64,000 nucleotides of DNA from an uncultured Christensenellaceae bacterium (GTDB lineage: Bacteria > Bacillota > Clostridia > Christensenellales > Christensenellaceae), in the NCBI GenBank assembly GCA_964454685.1, contig CAYVTZ010000010.1:11776-75775 (forward strand), written 5' to 3'. The position numbers and the translations under genes were made by a program. Below, one piece after another: positions 46,228 through 56,005 of the stretch. The notes under the pieces were generated by a model, which saw only the letters and a program-made list of their open reading frames with translations, did not search any database and was not told the DNA's origin. The first letter of the stretch is position 1. Every line of letters starts with the position of its first letter.

Positions 46228-47724
46228 TCATTTTACCCCCATAGATAGTTGTATCAGGTTTCCTTCTGTCAATTCGTTTTTGTCCAATTCCCCCACAATT
46301 CTGCCTTGGCGCATAATCATCACGCGATCACACATGTTGATAATCTCTTCCATTTCTGAAGAAATCATGATTATGGCAATCCCTGCCTCCGCCAGTTCGT
46401 TGATCACGCTATATATCTCCGCTTTCGCGCCAACGTCAACACCGCGCGTTGGTTCATCTAGAATAATGCATTCACAGTCTGCCGCCATCCATTTTGCAAG
46501 CGCAACCTTTTGCTGATTTCCACCGGATAAGCTGGAAACTTGATCCTCCAGCGATGCGTATTTCGTCGCCAGCTTTTTCAGGATTTCCCTTGCGTAAATA
46601 CTATCCTTCTTGTGGTGTATGATGCCCGCTTTGCTCACTTTCCTTAGTGAGGTCATTGTTGTGTTGATTCTAATGGATTGATCCAGCAATACACCTTGGT
46701 TTTTTCTATCTTCGGGAACCAATCCAACGCGCATTTTAACTGCCTGTGCGGCCGATTTCAGTTCCGTTTTTTCGCCATTCAAGAAAATTTGCCCATCTTC
46801 CAGCTTTTCTACGCCAAACAATGCCCTCATTGTTTCCGTCCGTCCGGCTCCCACCAGCCCGGAAAATCCCAACACCTCTCCACGGCGTGCATAAAAGGAC
46901 ACATCCTGCACCAAATGCCCAGCATTCAGGTGCTTAACTTCCAACATAACGTCACCAATCTGTGCGTGTCGTTTCGGAAACAAGGTCGATAATTCCCGCC
47001 CTACCATAAGGTTGATCAGTGCATGCTTGTCCGTATCCTGAATGCTCAGTTCTTTTACAAGCGCTCCATCTTTCAGAACGGTAACCCTGTCACAAATCTC
47101 AAATATTTCATCCATCCGATGTGAAATATATACAATCCCAATTCCTCGGTCTTTCAGTGTTTTCAGCAATCCAAACAGTTTCCTGATCTCACTGAATGTT
47201 AGCACTGCGGTCGGCTCATCCAAAACCAGTGTTTTCGCATCTTTTGATAAAGACTTGCATATCTCAACAATCTGCTGATACGCCACCGGTAGTGTTCCTA
47301 CCACGGCATCCGTATCAATGTCCTCAAACCCCAATTTTGCCAGCAAATCTTTTGCGTCTTTTTTGAGTTGCTTCCAGTTAATCAATAGCTTGCCGTTGGA
47401 CAGCCGGTCAATAAAAATATTCTCCGCAACTGTCAGGTCAGGCGCCAACATAAATTCCTGATATATCACAGAAATCCCCATGTCCTTGCTTATTTTCGGG
47501 GAAGTGATCCGTTTTACATCCCCATTGATTTTTATGCTTCCGCTGTCTGCCTGTAATGCGCCCGACAATACTTTCATCAACGTCGATTTTCCTGCTCCGT
47601 TTTCACCAACCAGAGCATGGATTTCCCCCGGGCGTATTTTAAAAGATACATCGTTCAGCGCATAAACGCCGCCGAATGTCTTTGTAATCCCTTCCATTTC
47701 TATGGTGCATTGGTCATTTTTCAT
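46228..47724 (-). CDS. CUT2 sugar ABC transporter ATP-binding protein (duplicated ATPase, RbsA-like)
   Basis: I place the start at MKNDQC (GGAGG 8 nt upstream). It has two Walker A motifs (GENGAGKST and GLVGAGRTE) and LSGGNQQK. Confidence 0.9.
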   Translation of the reverse strand: MKNDQCTIEMEGITKTFGGVYALNDVSFKIRPGEIHALVGENGAGKSTLMKVLSGALQADSGSIKINGDVKRITSPKISKDMGISVIYQEFMLAPDLTVAENIFIDRLSNGKLLINWKQLKKDAKDLLAKLGFEDIDTDAVVGTLPVAYQQIVEICKSLSKDAKTLVLDEPTAVLTFSEIRKLFGLLKTLKDRGIGIVYISHRMDEIFEICDRVTVLKDGALVKELSIQDTDKHALINLMVGRELSTLFPKRHAQIGDVMLEVKHLNAGHLVQDVSFYARRGEVLGFSGLVGAGRTETMRALFGVEKLEDGQIFLNGEKTELKSAAQAVKMRVGLVPEDRKNQGVLLDQSIRINTTMTSLRKVSKAGIIHHKKDSIYAREILKKLATKYASLEDQVSSLSGGNQQKVALAKWMAADCECIILDEPTRGVDVGAKAEIYSVINELAEAGIAIIMISSEMEEIINMCDRVMIMRQGRIVGELDKNELTEGNLIQLSMGVK

Positions 47725-47781
47725 GGAAATACCTCCATTTTCTGTGCCACGCCGGTTTCCCGGCATGACACAGTTTTTATC

Positions 47782-48933
47782 TTAGAACAACGAATCAGGA
47801 TCATAGAACTGGTCAACATTTTCGGGATTGACGCAGTTAGCCTGTGTAAATGTTTCCTGCGGGTAAGAATACGGGTCTTTTCCATCTTCAATAATCTCTG
47901 CCGCGCATTGTACCGCCAATTCAGCAACTTTTACAGGGTTGTTTTCGCCGGTTGCCTTGTATGCCGAATCCGCTTTAATCAATTCATAAGCCTCTTTCTG
48001 CCCGTCAGCAGAAGCAAAAATCGCAACGTCCTGAAGTTTGTTTGCATTTTCCAGCGCAGTCATCGCGCCCAGCAGCATATTGTCATTTTCTCCAAACACC
48101 GCATTGATGTTCGGGTTTGCCACCAAAAGGTCTTCCATTGCAGGCAGTCCGCCATCTGTTGTCCAGCCGCCCCAGCCTTGACCCACAATGGAAAGCTTCG
48201 CTTCCGCGTCAGATGCCTTGCCGGTGTCGGTAAGCTGCTGCTCAAATGCCAGCGCACGATCCCATGCTTCTTCTTTGCTCAAACCCAACCGCGCTTCCAT
48301 AATGCCCGCGTAAATGCCGGCTCTTCTTAAAAGACCGGTCGGATGTCCCTTTGTTCCGCTGATCTGCGCTGCTGAAATCTCCTTGTCTCCGAAAAACTTT
48401 GCACAATATTTCCCTACTTCAATGCCATTATTCACGTTGTCCGAGGAAATCGCCGTTGCCGCACCAGCCTCCGGGTCAATACCGCTATCGATCACGATAG
48501 TGGGAACGCCCGCTGCCTTTCCTGCCTGCACTGCCGCCGCACACGAGATCGTGTCAACAGAATCCAAGAAAATCATGTTCATTTTTTGTGCAACGAAGGT
48601 TTCGATATTTTTGATCTCATCATTGATGTCATTTTTTGCATCCAGTACCGTAACCTCCCAGCCACGTGCCTTGCAAAGGTCCTCTACCGTTTTAGATAAC
48701 GCGATAAAATACGGATTATCCAGCGTCTTCATTGCCACGCCAACTTTCACAGCCTTTGCGGCCGCAGGCTCTTCTGCCGCCGGTGCCTCCGCTGCGGGCG
48801 CTTCTGATGCAGGAGCTTCTGCCGCCGGTGTTTCCGATGCCGGTGTACTTGCCGCCGGAGCGGCGCACGCCACCATCATGCTGCATACAACAAATACCGC
48901 AACCAAGGCGACCAACCATTTACTTTTCTTCAT
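47782..48933 (-). CDS. Sugar ABC transporter substrate-binding lipoprotein (RbsB-like) with an Ala/Pro/Glu-rich linker
   Basis: It has a lipobox (MVAC), the linker PASETPAAEAPASEAPAAEAPAAEEPAA and a periplasmic-binding-protein type I core. Confidence 0.85.
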   Translation of the reverse strand: MKKSKWLVALVAVFVVCSMMVACAAPAASTPASETPAAEAPASEAPAAEAPAAEEPAAAKAVKVGVAMKTLDNPYFIALSKTVEDLCKARGWEVTVLDAKNDINDEIKNIETFVAQKMNMIFLDSVDTISCAAAVQAGKAAGVPTIVIDSGIDPEAGAATAISSDNVNNGIEVGKYCAKFFGDKEISAAQISGTKGHPTGLLRRAGIYAGIMEARLGLSKEEAWDRALAFEQQLTDTGKASDAEAKLSIVGQGWGGWTTDGGLPAMEDLLVANPNINAVFGENDNMLLGAMTALENANKLQDVAIFASADGQKEAYELIKADSAYKATGENNPVKVAELAVQCAAEIIEDGKDPYSYPQETFTQANCVNPENVDQFYDPDSLF

Positions 48934-49135
48934 GTTTTTCTCCTCCTATAAAAGTGTGATAGTTTATTTCTATGCGCCCTGAAAAAAGGTACGCTAATAG
49001 ACCTACACGTTCCATGCTTATCATTCAAATGCTGATCAAGAAATTTTTACTTCGATTATCTTTTAATAGTATACTTGTGTTAATTGGTATTTATTTTGTT
49101 TGTATTTCCATAGCGCATCCTCACCCCACGAGACA

Positions 49136-50137
49136 TTATGGCGTCGTATCCCTTACAATCAACTCAGCAGGTATAAAGTAGGTATAATCCTTCTCATCCG
49201 TCTTTTGTATCTTATTCTCCAAGTTCTCAATCGCAGTCCGGCAGATTTCCTCCATGGGTTGCCGCACGGTTGTAATGGGTGTTTGCGCCAGTGCTGAAAA
49301 CATCGTATCGTCGAATCCCGCAACCGCAATCTCTCCCGGCACCTTGACCTCCCGCTCTCTCAATCGCTTCATTACGCCAATGGCCATGATATCATTGATG
49401 CAGCAGATCGCATCCGGTTTCTTTTCCAGTACCCGATCCGTTGCGGCATACGCCGCTTCAAAATTCGGATATTCAATGTTTACGATCATGTCATGATCAA
49501 TCCGAAGTCCTGCTTCTGCAAAAGCCTGCTTATACCCTTCTAAACGCAGCTTTGCAAAATTGAAATCAAAGTCCGCCGTCATCAGCACGATCCGTCTCAT
49601 GCCCTTTTGCAATAGATACCTCACCAGCTCATATTCTCCCTTTCGGAAGTCACACAGCACACACGTTTCCGTGCATCCCGGGTAAGTATCGGTGCAAAAT
49701 ACAAAGGGGATTTCCAAGTTTCTTAACGTCTCAATGTGCGTAAAATCGGGGTTTTTTTGAATGGACGGAACAATGATTACCCCCTGCGTTCTGCGCGATA
49801 CAAACATTTCGATGTATTCCTTCTCGCGCTTGCTCTTGTCGTTTGAGATGCCCAGGATCATTGTATATCCCATGTTCTCCGTCATTTTGTTAATAATGTC
49901 TACAATACTTGCAAAAAACGGATTGGTGATCTCCGGTACAACGAGCCCGATCTCTTTGCTCTTTTGGTTTACCAGGCTCTGCGCCAGCGGATTTGGCGTA
50001 TATTCCAGCCGCTTCGCTATGGATATCACCTTTTTTCTGGTTTCTTCACTGATACCGGGTCTGCCGTTCAATGCCATTGATGTCGCTGCAACTGATAAGT
50101 TGGATGCCTTTGCCACATCCTTTAACGTTACTCTCAT
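49136..50137 (-). CDS. LacI-family transcriptional regulator
   Basis: I prefer the start MRVTLKDVAKASNLSVAT (AGGAGG upstream). It has the HTH plus a sugar-binding core. Confidence 0.85.
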   Translation of the reverse strand: MRVTLKDVAKASNLSVAATSMALNGRPGISEETRKKVISIAKRLEYTPNPLAQSLVNQKSKEIGLVVPEITNPFFASIVDIINKMTENMGYTMILGISNDKSKREKEYIEMFVSRRTQGVIIVPSIQKNPDFTHIETLRNLEIPFVFCTDTYPGCTETCVLCDFRKGEYELVRYLLQKGMRRIVLMTADFDFNFAKLRLEGYKQAFAEAGLRIDHDMIVNIEYPNFEAAYAATDRVLEKKPDAICCINDIMAIGVMKRLREREVKVPGEIAVAGFDDTMFSALAQTPITTVRQPMEEICRTAIENLENKIQKTDEKDYTYFIPAELIVRDTTP

Positions 50138-50145
50138 ATTCCTCC

Positions 50146-50323
50146 TGAAACGTTTCATCAGCTTTTCAGCATCAAACGTTTCTCCAACATTAAATTACAG
50201 TATATTCCGTTTTTATCTGTGAAAAATCTCATAATTTATCGTATTTTATTACTAAATCGTTTCAGTTTTCACACGCTTTTCTCATGGATTCCGTCGTTCT
50301 TCAAAATAGTCTGAAACGTTTTA
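50146..50323. promoter_or_regulatory. Array of four LacI-type operator-like sites
   Basis: The sites are TGAAACGTTTCA (50146-50157, a perfect palindrome), TCAAACGTTTCT (50172-50183), TAAATCGTTTCA (50253-50264) and TGAAACGTTTTA (50312-50323). Confidence 0.55.
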
Positions 50324-50420
50324 GTTCTTTATATTGCTATCCTATCACAGATTATAGTATACTGTTATAAATATAATATCATTTTATATTAAAATAATCT
50401 AGCATTGGAGAATTTTTACA

Positions 50421-51062
50421 TTGTTTTTTTCTCCGAAAATAATTACTGAACTTTTTCAGTCGTTTTTTGCCGTCACAGGAATCTCCTGCTTGATCGCAGA
50501 TCATACATTTTCACTTTTATCTTGTTTTCCCGCGGAGTCTACCCTGCGCGCTGTGCCCTCGCGCGCGTATGTTGAAGCGCACCCCGATTGCTGCATATCC
50601 TTCCGGGTGGGTGCGCATGCCTTTCATCTGTTGTTCGCTCCGCCGCCCGACTCCCGCGCATCTAAACACGATTGCAAAACAATCGTACAACTCCTTTGCA
50701 CCCGCTTAAGTTTATTGCTATCTGAAAGCACCACTGCGCCCATCGATCAAATCCACCTGTATATCCTAGACCATCTAAGCGAGGAAATCTCAGCCGAAAT
50801 GATTTCCGATGAACTTCACATTCCGCGCAGCAGTCTGTTTCGCCTGATTAAGAAATATTGTGACTGTACGCCGGGTGCATTTGTTTTGCGCTGTCGCATT
50901 CACCGCGCAAAGCAGCTGTTACAGGAAACCGATTTACCCGTGTCCGATGTCGCACTGCAATGCGGTATGATGGACGCTAATTATTTCACGTATTTGTTTC
51001 GCAAGTCCTGCGGTCTCCCACCATCGCGCTATCGCAGGCAGTTTGGCTCTTTTGCCGACTAA
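50421..51062 (+). CDS. AraC-family transcriptional regulator
   Basis: TTG start. The C-terminal double HTH includes SAEMISDELHIPRSSLFRLIKKY and DVALQCGMMDANYFTYLFRK. Confidence 0.7.
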   Translation: MFFSPKIITELFQSFFAVTGISCLIADHTFSLLSCFPAESTLRAVPSRAYVEAHPDCCISFRVGAHAFHLLFAPPPDSRASKHDCKTIVQLLCTRLSLLLSESTTAPIDQIHLYILDHLSEEISAEMISDELHIPRSSLFRLIKKYCDCTPGAFVLRCRIHRAKQLLQETDLPVSDVALQCGMMDANYFTYLFRKSCGLPPSRYRRQFGSFAD

Positions 51063-51250
51063 CCGCCTTTTCGCAAGACGAACCAATCCTTTCAAACAAC
51101 CGGAAAAATTCACCGCAGACTATCCATAACTTGGTGGCGCAAAGCAAACCTTTAGGGCTCTTTTTGCGCCACCGTCTGTAAGATTCGCCTCAACAAAAGC
51201 AGACAGGTGTGCTATAATAAAGCGAGAAATGCAAACAGGAGTGCTGTGCA

Positions 51251-52009
51251 ATGGCTGAAAAGCGTACCAATTTGGTTCTCAATTATATCAAGCAGAATAA
51301 GGAGGTGACACTTCGTGAATTGTGCCGCCTCTTTCCCATTTACAACGAAATGACGCTGCGGCGCGATCTGATTCTTTTGGAAAAGAACGGCTACATCAAG
51401 CGATTTCGCGGAGGTGCGCGTTTGTGCGAAGACTCCATGACTGAGTTTTATCACTATCAGCGACGCAGTGCATCCTCGCTTGCCGCCAAGCAATATATTG
51501 CCCTGCGCGCCGCGCAGCTTTTAGAAGATTCTTCATCCGTCTATTTTGACGCAGGCACCACAATGCTTGAGCTTGCCCGCATCCTGCCGGATATGCGCCT
51601 GTTCATCACTACCAACGATCCTGCCATACTCTTTGAAGGCTTGCACAAAGACCATGTTGAAGTTCTTATGACCGGCGGCTCTCTCAATAAGTCCGTTCAT
51701 TCGCTTTCCGGCCCTGTTGCGCTTGGCACATTGGATCAAATCAATATTGATACCGCTTTTGTCGGCGCAGCCGGTTTCTCTGCAACGCACGGCTTTACGA
51801 ACGCACTCTATAATGAATGCGAATTGAAAAAAAAGGTCATTTCCGTTTCCAAAAAGGTAATCATGCTGCTGGACAGCACAAAGTTTTCAAAAAGCCTACC
51901 CTATACGTTTGCACTTCCACAGCAGGTATCCACACTGGTCACAGATCAGCCCCTTCCGGAGGATCTCGCACAAGCTGCAAAAGCAGCGAATATTGAAGTC
52001 ATCTGCTAA
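51251..52009 (+). CDS. DeoR-family transcriptional regulator
   Basis: 252 aa. It has the N-terminal HTH (VTLRELCRLFPIYNEMTLRRDLILLEKNGYIKR) and a DeoR C-terminal sensor domain. Confidence 0.85.
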   Translation: MAEKRTNLVLNYIKQNKEVTLRELCRLFPIYNEMTLRRDLILLEKNGYIKRFRGGARLCEDSMTEFYHYQRRSASSLAAKQYIALRAAQLLEDSSSVYFDAGTTMLELARILPDMRLFITTNDPAILFEGLHKDHVEVLMTGGSLNKSVHSLSGPVALGTLDQINIDTAFVGAAGFSATHGFTNALYNECELKKKVISVSKKVIMLLDSTKFSKSLPYTFALPQQVSTLVTDQPLPEDLAQAAKAANIEVIC

Positions 52010-52038
52010 TTGCCTGCCACAAGAGTTTATTTATTTGC

Positions 52039-52067
52039 TTGACATTATCACTAATTAGTGATAAATT
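52039..52067 (+). promoter_or_regulatory. Promoter (TTGACA-N17-TAAATT) overlapped by a perfect 20-bp palindrome, the likely MarR auto-operator
   Basis: TTGACA is at 52039-52044. The palindrome TTATCACTAATTAGTGATAA spans 52045-52064. The MarR ATG at 52074 has no Shine-Dalgarno sequence and lies about 7 nt from the -10. Confidence 0.6.
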
Positions 52068-52073
52068 GAATCT

Positions 52074-52487
52074 ATGGAAGCAACAAACAACGACGGAAAA
52101 TTTATCATTGCACTCAGTCGCGCACTCAGATCGGCGCATCAAAAGAGCCTGGCGCTTTTGCGTCAGTATCGCTTGACACAGCCGCAGTTTGAAGTGCTGG
52201 AGGCACTGTATCACAAAGGCGCGCTCACCATTGGCGCACTCATTCAGGCGGTGCTGTCCACCAGCGGAAACATGACAGTAGTTGTGCGTAATCTCGAAAA
52301 AAACGGATTGGTTCAATGCGAAAAAAACCCGTCCGACCTCCGTTCGGTCATCGTATCCCTGACACCTGCCGGTCAAGAATTGATTGCCGATGTATTCCGG
52401 CAGCACATGGCTCTGATTCGTGAAAGCCTCGCCCCCATCACCGAGGAGGAAAAACAAACCATCATCCAGATTTTAAAAAAGCTGTGA
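52074..52487 (+). CDS. MarR-family transcriptional regulator
   Basis: 137 aa with a winged HTH (LTQPQFEVLEALYHKGALTIGALIQAV). Confidence 0.85.
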   Translation: MEATNNDGKFIIALSRALRSAHQKSLALLRQYRLTQPQFEVLEALYHKGALTIGALIQAVLSTSGNMTVVVRNLEKNGLVQCEKNPSDLRSVIVSLTPAGQELIADVFRQHMALIRESLAPITEEEKQTIIQILKKL

Positions 52488-52513
52488 AAGCGCAGCTTTG
52501 AAGGGAGCAAATT

Positions 52514-53119
52514 ATGGATTTTTACAATGCAATCAAGGTACGACGGAGCAATTACAGCATTACAGATCAATCGACCATTTCGGATGAGCGAATTGAGCAA
52601 ATTCTCGCGGAGGTCATCACGTATGCGCCATCCGCGTTCAATTCGCAAAGCGCACGCATCATCCTGCTGCTAAACTCTTCTCACAAACGACTTTGGGAGA
52701 TCGTCATGGACGCGCTGCGTGCCATCGTTCCCGCCGATCAGTTTGCGGAGACTGAGCAAAAAATAAATTCCTTCGCAGCAGGGCACGGCACCATTCTCTA
52801 TTTTGAGGATATGGATACCGTACAGGGTCTGCAGCAGCAGTTCCCTCTATATGCCGATAACTTCCCCGTCTGGTCGATGCAAAGCGCGGGTATGTTGCAA
52901 TATGCCGTGTGGGCCGCGCTGTCCAGCGAGGGTCTAGGGGCTTCCTTGCAGCACTATGCACCCCTCATTGAGGAAACAGTACGCAAAGAATTTGGCGCAT
53001 CCGAAAGCTGGAAGCTGCTCGCACAAATGCCGTTTGGAACGCCGTCTCAGCCGCCCAAGCAACTGACGCGTATGCCGATCGAGCAGCGCCTGCAGGTGCA
53101 GAAAGGAGCAAAATCATGA
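52514..53119 (+). CDS. Nitroreductase-family (FMN) oxidoreductase
   Basis: 201 aa. IKVRRSNY...APSAFNSQSARI is the nitroreductase N-terminal signature. Confidence 0.8.
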   Translation: MDFYNAIKVRRSNYSITDQSTISDERIEQILAEVITYAPSAFNSQSARIILLLNSSHKRLWEIVMDALRAIVPADQFAETEQKINSFAAGHGTILYFEDMDTVQGLQQQFPLYADNFPVWSMQSAGMLQYAVWAALSSEGLGASLQHYAPLIEETVRKEFGASESWKLLAQMPFGTPSQPPKQLTRMPIEQRLQVQKGAKS

Positions 53120-53826
53120 TTCGAGTGATCGACCATACCAGCATGGGGCGCAGCGAACTTGGCTGGTTGCACAGCCTGTTCCACTTCTCCTTTGCAGAGT
53201 ATTATAATCCTGACAACATCCAGTTTGGCAACCTGCGCGTCATCAACGACGATATCGTAGAACCGGGAGAAGGCTTTGACACGCACCCACACCGGAATAT
53301 GGAGATTGTCAGCTATGTCGTGGAGGGTGCGCTCACGCATCAAGACAGCATGGGCAATAAGCGCACGCTCACACGCGGTCAGGTACAGTATATGAGCGCG
53401 GGAACCGGCGTCATGCACAGTGAGTTTAACTTAACGGATCAGCCTGCACGTTTTCTGCAAATCTGGATTCTTCCCGATCAAAACGGGTACCAGCCCAATT
53501 ATGGCGACGAACAGTTTCCTTGGGAATTGCGCGAAAACAAATGGCTGCACATTGTTTCGGGACAGGAAGGCGGCGCACCCATACACATCCATCAGGATAT
53601 GGATATCTCCGTGTGCTTCCTCAACGCCGGCAATCAGCTGAAGTACGATCTTGCGGCAGGTCGCCAGGCATATCTCGTGCAGATCGAGGGAGACGGCAAA
53701 GTCAATGGATCGCAGCTGCATACGCGAGATGCAGCAGAAATCACACAAGAGCAAACGATTTTGTTGCAGGCAGACACGGATGCACATTACATCCTGCTGG
53801 ACATGAAACAGGCGGAAGCACAATAG
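53116..53826 (+). CDS. Pirin-family bicupin protein
   Basis: 236 aa. The metal site is HPHRNMEIVSYVVEG. There is a 4-nt overlap with the nitroreductase gene. Confidence 0.85.
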   Translation: MIRVIDHTSMGRSELGWLHSLFHFSFAEYYNPDNIQFGNLRVINDDIVEPGEGFDTHPHRNMEIVSYVVEGALTHQDSMGNKRTLTRGQVQYMSAGTGVMHSEFNLTDQPARFLQIWILPDQNGYQPNYGDEQFPWELRENKWLHIVSGQEGGAPIHIHQDMDISVCFLNAGNQLKYDLAAGRQAYLVQIEGDGKVNGSQLHTRDAAEITQEQTILLQADTDAHYILLDMKQAEAQ

Positions 53827-53845
53827 CTCGCTCGTTGTAACCATA

Positions 53846-53886
53846 TAAAAAACGGCGTAAACTGCTCAGTTTACGCCGTTTCTTTT
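53846..53886. terminator. Bidirectional terminator between pirin and fucI
   Basis: AAAAA-AACGGCGTAAAC-TGCTCA-GTTTACGCCGTT-TCTTTT. Confidence 0.75.
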
Positions 53887-53895
53887 GTGCATTGC

Positions 53896-55653
53896 TTATT
53901 TGTAAAGCGGGCCGTAATTCTCGCAAGCGCGGTAATCCGCACCTTCGCGGTCGTTTGTGCCAAACGCGTTCCACGCCGACGGACGGAACAGCTTTTCTTC
54001 CGCTACGTTGTGCATATTCACCGGAATGCGCAGCATCGCCGCCAATGTGATGAGGTCAGCGCCAACATGCCCATAAACGGATGCACCGTGGTTTGCGCCC
54101 CAGTTTGCCATCACGCTGTATGTATCCGTGAATGCGCCCTTGCCGGTCAGGTTGGGTGCAAACCATGTGCACGGCCAGCCCGGATCGGTGCGATCCCACA
54201 AAATCTGGTTCACGTCATCCGGCAGCTCCACGGTATACCCTTCCGCAATCTGCAACACCGGACCCAAGCCCTTCACAAGGTTCATGCGCGCCATCGTGAT
54301 AGGCATTTTTGCCTTGGTTGCAAACGTAGAGGAAAATCCGCCGCCACGGAAATATCCAAGGTTGCCGGGTGTCCATTTGGTTGCGTCAAGGCACTTCTGC
54401 GCCTCTTCTTCGGTAATCTCCCAGAAGGGCTTCATCACCGGCTGACCGTCGCGCTTCTGCTCTCCACAAGCATCCAGTGAGGACGCGCCGGAGTTGATCA
54501 AATGGATGATGCCATCCTTTGCCACGCCGTCCAGATCATAGCCCGTCACGCGCTTCACCGCCGAGGGGCTCCAATAGGTTCTAACATCACTGAATACCGG
54601 AGCCGTGTTGGTCACAAGATGGCCAAACAGCATTGCAACCGCGTTCATGCAGTCATTTTCCGTCGCAACCACAAGCGGCTTGCGAATACCGTTCCAGTCA
54701 TAGGACGAGCACAGGATGGCTTCCATGAAGTCGCCGTTGGGCATAAAGTCCGTCCACTGGCGCTGACCTTGGAATCCCGACGCGATCGCGTTGTTGCCGT
54801 TGCCTTCTTCATTCCAGCCGGCTTTTTTCACATTCTCGTTGCCCTGCATCATATCGCGCATGATGAGCGCCATCTTCACGCTGTATTCCCAGTCTGCATC
54901 AAGCTGCTCGCGCGTTCTGCCATTTTCTTTGTTATAGATGTCAGCGTTTTCCTTGCAGTTCTTTTTGACCCACGCAAGTGCGCGCTTGTATTCTTCCTTG
55001 TCGTAGATTTCCTTCTCCACACGGCGAATCATTTCACTCATGTCTTTGTATTCGCAGCGCATGCCCAAGTATTCTTCAAAAAAGTTGGGGTCAACGATAC
55101 TGCCCGCGATTCCCATGGAAACGTTACCCACAGATAAATAAGCTTTGTTCTTCATCTGTCCAACCGCAGCCGCACCACGCGCAAAGCGCAAAATCTTTTC
55201 AGAAACATCCGCCGGAATATTCTCGTCCGTCGCATCCTGCACATCATGTCCATAAATGGAGAATGCCGGAATGCCCTTCTGTGCGTGTGCCGCCAGCACA
55301 GCCGCCAGATATACCGCACCCGGGCGCTCGGTCGCGTTCAGACCCCAAATCGCCTTCGGCGTGGTCTTGTCCATATCCATCGTCTCGCTGCCATAGCACC
55401 AGCAAGGCGTAACGGTCAGCGTTGCACAAACGCCTTCCTTCTGAAATTTTTTCTGGCATGCAGCCGCTTCCGCAAAGCCGCCGATGGTTCCGTCTGCGAT
55501 CACGCATTCCACCGGATTGCCGTCATTATCCCGTACGTTGTCGCCAATCAGCTTCGCCGCCGCGCGCGCCATACGCATTGTTTGATCTTCCAGTCCTTCT
55601 CTGATTCCCTTTTCCCGACCATCAATGGTGGGTCTAATTCCAATTTTGACCAT
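53896..55653 (-). CDS. fucI: L-fucose (D-arabinose) isomerase
   Basis: 585 aa. The N-terminus is [10 protein letters not shown], and the length and layout are typical of FucI. Confidence 0.9.
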   Translation of the reverse strand: MVKIGIRPTIDGREKGIREGLEDQTMRMARAAAKLIGDNVRDNDGNPVECVIADGTIGGFAEAAACQKKFQKEGVCATLTVTPCWCYGSETMDMDKTTPKAIWGLNATERPGAVYLAAVLAAHAQKGIPAFSIYGHDVQDATDENIPADVSEKILRFARGAAAVGQMKNKAYLSVGNVSMGIAGSIVDPNFFEEYLGMRCEYKDMSEMIRRVEKEIYDKEEYKRALAWVKKNCKENADIYNKENGRTREQLDADWEYSVKMALIMRDMMQGNENVKKAGWNEEGNGNNAIASGFQGQRQWTDFMPNGDFMEAILCSSYDWNGIRKPLVVATENDCMNAVAMLFGHLVTNTAPVFSDVRTYWSPSAVKRVTGYDLDGVAKDGIIHLINSGASSLDACGEQKRDGQPVMKPFWEITEEEAQKCLDATKWTPGNLGYFRGGGFSSTFATKAKMPITMARMNLVKGLGPVLQIAEGYTVELPDDVNQILWDRTDPGWPCTWFAPNLTGKGAFTDTYSVMANWGANHGASVYGHVGADLITLAAMLRIPVNMHNVAEEKLFRPSAWNAFGTNDREGADYRACENYGPLYK

Positions 55654-55672
55654 TTTTTCTACCTCTTTCCTG

Positions 55673-56005
55673 TTAATCTAAATGGAACACTTCTTCCATT
55701 TCTGCCCAATGCTCGGATTCTTTGGCAGAATCCACCCTCTGCTGACACGGGATACACTCTGCCCACCACTCTTGCGTCAGAGGGTCGGCAGCCATTTTCG
55801 CCATGTCCGCTTCATAGTTATCCCCGATGTATTCGTAGTAAGAAAATAAATAACCGTCGCGTAAATAAATCGAGTAGTTGCGAATGTTACACGCATGAAT
55901 CATGTCTAAAATGCCCTGCCAAGGTGCTGCGTGCAGTTCCTTGTAATACGCCTCTTTTTCCGGGCGCACTTTGATCACTTGACCATATCGTACCACAGAA
56001 TTCAC
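55673..56005 (-). CDS. L-rhamnose mutarotase-family protein (RhaM/YiiL-like)
   Basis: 110 aa. The pattern matches remembered E. coli YiiL (Y..LH...W..., NYSIYL, QEWW). Confidence 0.75.
   Translation of the reverse strand: MNSVVRYGQVIKVRPEKEAYYKELHAAPWQGILDMIHACNIRNYSIYLRDGYLFSYYEYIGDNYEADMAKMAADPLTQEWWAECIPCQQRVDSAKESEHWAEMEEVFHLD

Noticed and set aside
51133-51173. An 11-bp stem (GGTGGCGCAAA...TTTGCGCCACC) after araC as a terminator.
   Set aside because: The loop is long (19 nt) and no T-run follows on either strand, so its function is unclear.
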